Assembly: GCF_963853765.1 (NCBI RefSeq)
Contig: NC_088857.1
Coordinates: 14,570,001 to 14,634,000, forward strand
Length of the DNA: 64,000 nucleotides
From: Magallana gigas
Taxonomy: Eukaryota
Direction of reading: 5' to 3'
Positions 55,373-64,000 of the stretch are shown here, piece after piece. Under the pieces are notes generated by a model. It made no database searches. It was given only the letters and a program-made list of their open reading frames with translations, and was not told where the DNA came from. The number at the start of each line of letters is the position of its first letter. Position 1 is the first letter of the stretch. The translations under genes and the position numbers were made by a program.

Positions 55373-58300
55373 ATACAAATAACTTATTTAGCATCTTTCG
55401 GATAATGAACCAATAATTCCCTCTTGTTCTTTCAAACATAAATAACTGTTATTGTATCCTTTTCCATCTTTCAGATAATGAAACAGAACATCCCAAAGGA
55501 GATTCCAAACTAATTCAGTGCAGCAGACAATACCCATGAAAAAAGACTTAGAGAAGTACTTTTTTTTATTATTCATATATAACATGGATTTTATAAATAT
55601 AATTAAGAAAGCATGAAGAACCTACTGAGCTCTCACCAATATAGGTATAAACCTCAACAGAGACTCATTCTATTTTTATCACGATAGACATTCTGTCTTA
55701 TCACGAAAGCCATCTCAAGTTGATCTTAAAAAAAAGATAAGTGCATGTCAATAATTTTGATGAAAGTCCACACGCTGTACCAGACAAAATCTGACACCCG
55801 GCCTTTCCCAATCAGAACCTCTGATAATTAAATGGATGCACTAATTAAGTTTCCTCTGTAGCAGATGTAACAATTTCAACAATTCTAAGAATTATATCCA
55901 CCCAAGTGTGGGAAAATTCATCACTGCAAAGTTTACATACTGATGACGACTGAATTCTCCGGAAATATCTTTGTTTATTTATCAAAAGATATACTTTTGA
56001 ATTGATAAGGAAATAGAGAGCAATATGGGAAACTTGTTCTCATGCAAGCAGGAAAAGTGTTCATAGAAGAACATCAGGATTTTTAAGTAAAAAAATCAAG
56101 AATTCAATTTTTTTTTATTTTTTGTTTTCAAACTTTTGTTTTTAATTAGAAATACATGTACAATTAAACTTTAAGGAGATAAATTAATATCTTTGGCAAT
56201 TTCAGGTCTTTTGATTTTCTGAATATGTGAATTAGGCCACTATATAAGTCCCTTTATCCAAATGCAAATATTACATTTGACTCTTCCCTCTGCTACATGA
56301 TTTTAAAACCCAATTTTGATTTCATTTAATCAATAAAAATATTTTTCAACAAATACAAAAGTGATAGAATCAACTTTATAACTTTATTATTAATTAATGA
56401 ACACTTTTTATTTGTTCTGTGTACTAGAATTTCCCAGGTTGCCGATTCTACTATTTTAAAATTCCTATGCCCCTGGCACCAATACTTAAATGGGTGGTGT
56501 GAAAGATGTTGATTTCCATTTTACCATACCAGTAAAAATATCATTAGATTTTTAAATACCATAGTTGCCTTTACCGGTAGTATCTATGTAATTTATATTT
56601 TTTTGTATAAAAAATAGGAAGTGCAAGAGTTAATAAAGCACATCTAAAGTGCATACGGCACTGTGCACAGGGCACTGTGTTACTGAACAATTATAAGCAC
56701 AAAAGATAAAGGTAAAATGAATGTCTGTAAAGACATGTAATACTACTGATGCCATCAATCTCCTTACTCATTTGTCACCGATGTGTCGAAAGGTCCGTCT
56801 TCCTCCTTTTTGTACAAAATAGAAGATAATTACAAAATCTGACACCAGCCAGCCATAAACGGCTGAGGAAGTTGGCACGGTGCGAATAATTACATAGATC
56901 CACCCATGAAATAGGAAGCTCCCGCTGGCCAATTTCATCCCCCTGCGATGCATGTGATCGATAATTTGTGTTGTTTATAATCTGCCGAGATTTGCAGGTG
57001 ATCATTTAACAATACAATTTTCCTCATAATGAGATTTTGTAAAGTGAAAACGTTAACCTTCTACATATTAGTAATAATTAATATCAACTATTTCTTTTTC
57101 ACTTTTTTACTATTTGGGCGGGGTTTTCGTAATGTAGAACTCAAAAGGGTACCAATTTATCAAATTATCCTGAATTCTTATTGGAGATGAATGCGACAAG
57201 TATTAACATTACTGTGACATTCAACTTAAAGACAGGCTGAATTAAAACTTTATCAAAAAGTCTCCATCTTAGAGGGCCCTCAACAATGGGTAATAGCTTA
57301 CACAGGCACAACAAAATCCACTTTATGTTGACCACACCTACTGTTACATGCAACCATCAGTAAACGGCATTGTGTGTTATATTGTCAGTAAATGCAGTCC
57401 GTAATGTTGGTAGATGATTTTCAAGGTAGAGTTAGGTAAATAATTTTGTAATAATGGGGACACTATTTAAGTTTGTGTATTTTAGATTGAAATGGTAGAT
57501 ATCCCACAGTTAGGTCTAGTAGAAAAGTTCTAACATACCCTAAAATATTCCCGAGGCAATGACATGTTTCTGAGGTAATACCATCCAATATTTTTTGTGT
57601 TCTTTTATGGATCTAAAACACTTTTACCATACCAACCTTTAGTCTCTGTCTCAACCCCATCTAAACCTCATGTTTTGTTTTGCCAAAGATGGCACATAAA
57701 AACCATATTTGCTTCGTAATATAAACTAGGTAAGGAAATCAAAATTGATGCTGTTAATCATGTAGAAGAAATGATGATATTACATGTATCTTCTTTGTAT
57801 GCTGACCATTAACACTGTTCTAATGTCGAACTGATCGTCCATTTATTGCATGATGAGGACATAACTTTTACTTCACTTGCGCTCAATACAAACCTAAGAT
57901 CCAACGATGAATGTTCAGATTCCATTGTAAAAATGTACATATCATCATTTCATCATATAAAACAATTCAAATATAAGAAAAAATTTAAAAGTCTATCAAA
58001 TACTTCTGAACAATAAAATTTGTAAATTTCTAAACAAATACTCATCCGAGTAAGACACAATTCAACATCCAAACTAATTTTTTTCCTGAAATCTGTGAAA
58101 CTCATTTCGCACTTTTTTTACGCCTTAAATATTTCATCATGTAAAAACGATCTTTCCTGGAGTCATTATTACCTCAATATATATTTCACACCTTGTGGAA
58201 TACAACTATATGCTAATTAGTCAATTAATTAATTGAATTCCCCATACCTGTATCTGAGAATCTGTGTCAATTTGAAGCGATCCACAACAACACTATGTCA

Positions 58301-59249
58301 TATAAGCGTTTCAATCGTAATATGGTTCCTACTGTTTTCTTGACAATAAATTCATTTTCACAATAAATTCATTTCCATCCCCCTAACCACAGGTGTAATG
58401 AATATACCTATTTCATTTTCCATAATTTTATGCCAATTGTTTCTCATTTACATACCCTCACATTTCATGCACGTAACTTTTAAGTGTAAACAATAAAGTA
58501 TTAACTATCTTCACAATTACATTTTTTGTTAAGTTTTACACTATTTTGATCACCAGTTTGTTTGATAGAACTGGTATTAAAGGTTTAAGGGAGGTAAGAT
58601 GTGAAAAACATGGTGTATCAAGTTATTTCAACATCATTTTTACCCAATTTTAAAATTAATCACTAAACTTTTTAAAGAAAGATAACTGAACTTGATATAA
58701 AATCTGAATTATCTCTCTTTGGTCACCACCTATGGCTTACATTGAGATGAAAAAGCATTTAGATCCTCTTTTTAATGTTAAAAAAAAAGACGCAGATAAA
58801 ACATACAGCTACAAATGGAAACATGTCCTTAAAAGCCATCTTATCATATTATTGTAACACGTCTTTGTTTGTAAATTAAACTTTCTGAATCAGAATCATG
58901 CACTCAATGTGTTGAGATATACTTGAATAAGTTAATTGTTTTTTCCATGACCAAATGTTATATAAAAAACAATTTATCAAAACGCTTTTGTGTACTTTTC
59001 ATAAGTTAAGTCATTTAAACATTTGAACTTCACATTATCATTCATAATTTTAAGGTGATATGGTGTTACATTTTAGCATGCAATTACAAATTTAAGACAG
59101 TATTGCTTTTTCCTTACAATTATCAAAGTTATATATTCACAGTAACTTCTCCACAATTTCAGTTCCATGTTTTAGATACACTAAAAAATAAAGGATTAAA
59201 GAAATCTCCTGCTCCTCATAAATCAGTTTCTTAAACATTTATCCTTTAA

Positions 59250-60221
59250 GGTAGTCCTATACTCGGCACTAAATGGGCTCAATCATTAAAAGCTTAGCTT
59301 TAAATGATAAATATACATTCTAGCAATACATATACAAAAGAAAATATATATGTTTACATGCTAGTTTGTTTGTTATCACCTCTCAGACGGTTGTACCCCC
59401 TTGCGAAAATTATTGACAATTATGAAATTTGCCAGACGTCCGTTTTTCCTAAAAATAATTACCAAATTTGGGAAAATTAGAACTGAACATACAAAATAGA
59501 GTATAAATATTTATTTAAGCCATATCTCATCAATAATTTTGCGCAAATTTTTGTAAGTAAGTACGCTTTATACCTGATGTATCAAAATAGAATACAAAAA
59601 ATGCAATGCTAGTATCGCGTTTGGTATTTTTTTTACTATTTTATGGACTCAAACTTAAATTCATGGTGTTTCTTCTATAGATTGACATCTTAGAAAAAAG
59701 ATTTGGTAAAATAAATTATATGTTGACGGATTACTTTTCACGCTATAAGCTCTAAACCAAGTAGACCCTGACGAAAAAAATCCGTAAAAATCACATTTTG
59801 CTACAGTTTTCTGCCTAGATCTGTCAACAATGTTAGATATCATTTAAACATTAATTAATTGACGATTGATTAAATTCGAAATAGCTTCTGTCTCTAAATT
59901 TAAACCGGTTTTAGTAAAAGAAAAAGAAAAATTCGGGGGGGGGGGGGGGGGGGGTCAAAACAAGGAAGATATAAGCATACCTGAGATCCTGGTTAATCAG
60001 AAACTTCGTTTTTTATTTACTTTAACAGAATCGAGTTTCTCAACATTAATCATTTCTATCTCTCATAGAATACATATATTACCGTTCTAATTGCTTATTA
60101 TTGCCATTGTTTACTACAGCGATGTAGAGCAAAATCAATACCGGGTATCAAAAACGCTTTGTAAAAGTCGAATCATTATTGTAAAATCCGTATTATGACG
60201 TAGTGCGATACTCGGACTACT
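59250..60221. mobile_element. TTAA-flanked (Kolobok-like) non-autonomous element
   Basis: ttaa|ggtagtcc ... ggactact|ttaa (7/8 TIR), with further weak similarity (gcact/agtgc). Confidence 0.55.
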
Positions 60222-61132
60222 TTAAATTTATATTCACCTTAATAATCATTCAAAAAGGTCTTAAATATTAAAATAATTGATATCATGCCAAATGAATAAA
60301 TCAGGTCAAAAAATTTTAAATAATTTATCAATTGATATAATAATATTCATTTAATATTTTAGAGTCAGTGGTGGTGGTGGTGGGGGGGGGGGGGGGGGGG
60401 GGGGGTTAAATTGAAGTCACAATTTTTTTTACAAGAGTTATCCCTCTTACCTTGTGTGTGAAGAAGAAACCTCCGGAATTCACACGACTGACCGGCTTAT
60501 TAACATGACTATCTCAGCCTATATCAACAATGACTACAGTGTTTTACATTATATGTGTAATTCTTCAGTCTTTCTCAAACAAAAATTACCATACAGGGCC
60601 ATAAAGCCCAGTACATCATAAGACTAGGGGAGATCAAGATAAGACTCTTGAAAAATCGTAATCATTTTATCAACATTTTCCCATCTATCTCAGACAGGCC
60701 CTTGATAAGAAAATAGTTTAATGAAGAGAAATTCGTTCAATGGATGCAAATTTTCACGCTATATAGTAAGAATCACACTCTACGCTGATGATAGCTTTTA
60801 TATACGATCAAAGTACTGTTATGCCTGTAAGAGTACAAGTTCTCCAGACACCAAAAATAGAATGGGTTCCTCACAGTAGCAAGAATGGTTTTCTTTTAGT
60901 GTATAAAAACAGTCAATCATGCTCATATTTTGAAAAAAAAAAAAATATTACTCTATCTATAAAATTAATCTGATAAAATTTTATGCGGGGAGAGGAGTCC
61001 TAAAAACAGAAAAAGTTAAAATTGGGTTGCAATCTATTTGTTTTATGCATCAAAATATCATGTGCATATCCTTAACATGACATTTAAATCCTTCAAAAAA
61101 ACCCAAGATTTATGGCTGTCTACAAAAAATAT

Positions 61133-61170
<38 letters not shown>
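61133..61170. repeat. (CT)n microsatellite
   Basis: Direct inspection. Confidence 0.9.
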
Positions 61171-61174
<4 letters not shown>

Positions 61175-62952
61175 AAATATTCTATATAAATTACCCATCA
61201 AGCGATACCCAACCTAAACTAAGATTTCAATTTCACAAAATGATTCAAATTATTTCAGAAAGAACAAAAAAGTTACTCTCTAAAGAGAACAATAATAGGC
61301 GAGACAAAAATTCTGGCAGATATAATCAGGTCTATGTGGGGGCCTTATTTTTAGCCCTTGCCGTGACAAATTCCCAATGAAGATCTAACGTACAACAAGA
61401 AACCTTATACGGATGGTATCGGAAAAAGGATCTGTGCAATTCTAAACAATGTAATTACCTAATGAACTTAAATGTTTATGAAAAAAAAAAGATCAATAAG
61501 CTAAAAACAATTGGCTTTAAGATATTTTAAATGTCAGGACGAATTCAGTCTTTCAGCTGAAAAACGCATTAATCATATGGTTAACTACCTGTTTCATATG
61601 CCTGATAATGATTAATGGGCTTAATGACAGCTATCATAGATTTTTTTTTTCTTTACCACAATATTTCTAGAATTATATTCTATTGAAACTAGCAAAGAGC
61701 TTTTATCATTACCATAGAGTCGGCTGCAGTTTGTGTAATTGTTGTTGAAGAAATCTATCGCCAAATCTGCTATTGGTTTCATTGAAATAAGAATCGGCAC
61801 TTATTGCACCGTAGTCCAAAACTGCATTATTTATAAAACAGAATCTTGAACAATGGCCGTTTTTGCAATATCCCAAGAGACGTATAAACATGGAAGTCTA
61901 TATATAAACTGTTTTTACAGATATATTGTACACAAAGTGCCGGAGGTAAAATAGAAGTCATTTTATCAGTTTTTCTTATAAAAAAGGTGATTTGGAACAC
62001 CAAATAATAAGTTAAATGAGCATCTCCTATTTTATAAGGTAAAGTATCAAACTCCATGCCAGTGAATAATTGATTGATTTAGCACATACAGAAAATTCAC
62101 TAAAATAACAAAGAAACTCGGTCATCACACGAATGTTGTCTCGTACTAAAAGTATCTTTTATATATATATATACATTTTTGTTCACACGGACGGGCTATA
62201 TTTATCATATTAATTCATGTTAATTCTTAACTTCATCGACCTTTCGTCGGAGTGGAATTAACGCCCCACACTTAGACGCTGCAGTCTCTGCATGTTCCCT
62301 CCATCTTAATTGACACAGAGACAAGCACTGACCCAGTGTTAAATTTAATTGTAGAATTAACCAACAATTACCACACTCTCACACACACACAGATATTGTG
62401 ACTATGGGCATGACATGACCTGATTAACATATTGTTTTCTGTGAGTGACATAGGGAGACATTTTATGCTTAGTACTTAAAAAACCCTCTCACCTATCACC
62501 TCGTCTAATACTATTGTCTTGTGCTGATTTACAATATCGATTTAATGTAATATTATACAGTTCATATATTATAGATTAATGAATTTTCAACTAGAATTTT
62601 CTCTACAACTGCTAACTTATTACTCTAATTCACAGACCTAACAGATATAAATGCCTGATGCATCAATTGACCTTATAAATTAATCTGCAGTGTTCAACTA
62701 AAGAGCTCTTTTAGAGACCATTTTTATTATCCGATATTTCATTCCAATGTTTTTTTTCCTGATTTATTTGAATCTAATTTAATAACCCAATACTACTGTA
62801 ATGACCTCTTCCTGATATTACATATAGCAATGGATGTTTTGTAACAATGGAATTACTCCCAAATCCGGTTAGAGCAACTAGACCGGCAGTTCCTTTCAAA
62901 TTTCACTGTCAGCACTGACAAAAAGGGAAGATGTTTAAAGTACAATAATTTG

Positions 62953-62956
<4 letters not shown>

Positions 62957-63007
<51 letters not shown>
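62957..63007. repeat. (CT)n microsatellite
   Basis: Direct inspection. Confidence 0.95.
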
Positions 63008-63011
<4 letters not shown>

Positions 63012-64000
63012 ATCCCTCTATACATTCTTAATATTTTTCTCATCACTTCAAAATCCCTTCACCAGGAAGTTGATGCATGGAAACACCCTCTTCTGATCAA
63101 ATCAGTTTCTTCTATATATGCATCATATTTAAGATGATTACTCATCATAAGCACACGCATGTTGTCTTTTCTCTGGGATTTTTAACATCCTCATCAACCC
63201 ACCCCCAATGTTAGCTCTAATATATTTTCCAGTTAAAACCTAAATGCTTTTTCTAGTTATCAAATTCAAAGGTCAAGATCTCCTCTCAAATCACAGTGAC
63301 CCACAACTCTAGGCGACTTGACTGCCTGTCAAGCCGACTAAATCTTGGTCTGCTAAAATCTTATTTCATCTGACACATCCTGCTTGTTTTGCTTTTCATT
63401 GGAAGTAATTTTTTGATTGTCCTGTCTGAGCAGCAATTCAATGTGTTCCCTTTTGCGATTGACAAATCACAGATTTGGAGAGAACAACCTTTGGTACAAG
63501 ATTTCATTATGACATATATACGTCTGAACCTGATTAAAACAACATGGGTTATCAATAAAGTATATTACTTCAATATAAAGCAGTGCATTGGAAATTGACT
63601 TAAGCTTGTTCCTTCCACATCAATGATCTTATTCAATGTCTGTCCCTGACACTTGCTTAACACAAGTACATCTATATCATTTTGTTTGATTCCTGATTCA
63701 TTCAGATCAGATAAAGATCGAGTGACAATTTCTTACAAGGCAATAATAAAACAGGTCTCATACAGGTTAGACAGTAAATGCAGTTCCAGTCACAGGCAAA
63801 GTCCATAGTGAATACCAGATAGTTGCTCAATGTATATTCCTTTAAAAATATTTCCCTCACATTGAGAACAACAATGTTACTGAAGACTCGTGGTTACATA
63901 TTTAGATTCTGATACTGAGTGGTAAATATGTCTTAAATATATACTGACAATGCCTATAATATACTATGACACTCATAACCTTAATTTACAAAATTTATAA

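Larger units (their letters stand above)
52118..56479. promoter_or_regulatory. cluster of 8 CTGGYAC (MYRF-type) motifs around the MYRF 5' end
   Basis: Motif starts: 52118, 52543, 53034, 53811, 56473 (+ strand); 53387, 54935, 55777 (as GTACCAG). Confidence 0.45.

Noticed and set aside
54000-63300. Short ORFs (60-76 aa) in the upstream intergenic region
   Set aside because: No recognisable domains, AT-rich codon content and no consistent exon chain; no third gene is supported.

Overview
AT-rich eukaryotic (non-bacterial) genomic DNA. The repeat landscape (Helentron-type elements with satellite arrays, TA- and TTAA-flanked MITEs) suggests a bivalve, probably an oyster; this is inference. Two multi-exon genes face each other tail to tail. 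(1) Liprin-alpha (PPFIA/syd-2 family) on the + strand: 21 coding exons reconstructed by hand, 1829-18096, 1029 aa within the window, with the N-terminus upstream of the window. (2) Myelin regulatory factor (MYRF) on the - strand: 23 coding exons, 51627-24704, 1092 aa if all are included. It has a Pro-rich N-terminus, NDT80-like DNA-binding domain, intact Ser/Lys autocleavage ICA domain, TM helix and luminal domain. All exon phases were checked and join in frame. Best leads: a tandemly duplicated Cys-rich luminal MYRF exon pair separated by only 44 nt (candidate mutually exclusive exons); a dense cluster of the MYRF-binding motif CTGGYAC around MYRF's own 5' end (candidate autoregulation); a 54-nt cassette exon that would make the MYRF NLS bipartite; and two TTAA-MITEs that each carry a tRNA-derived Pol III promoter. 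All coordinates and counts were obtained by eye and need computational confirmation.
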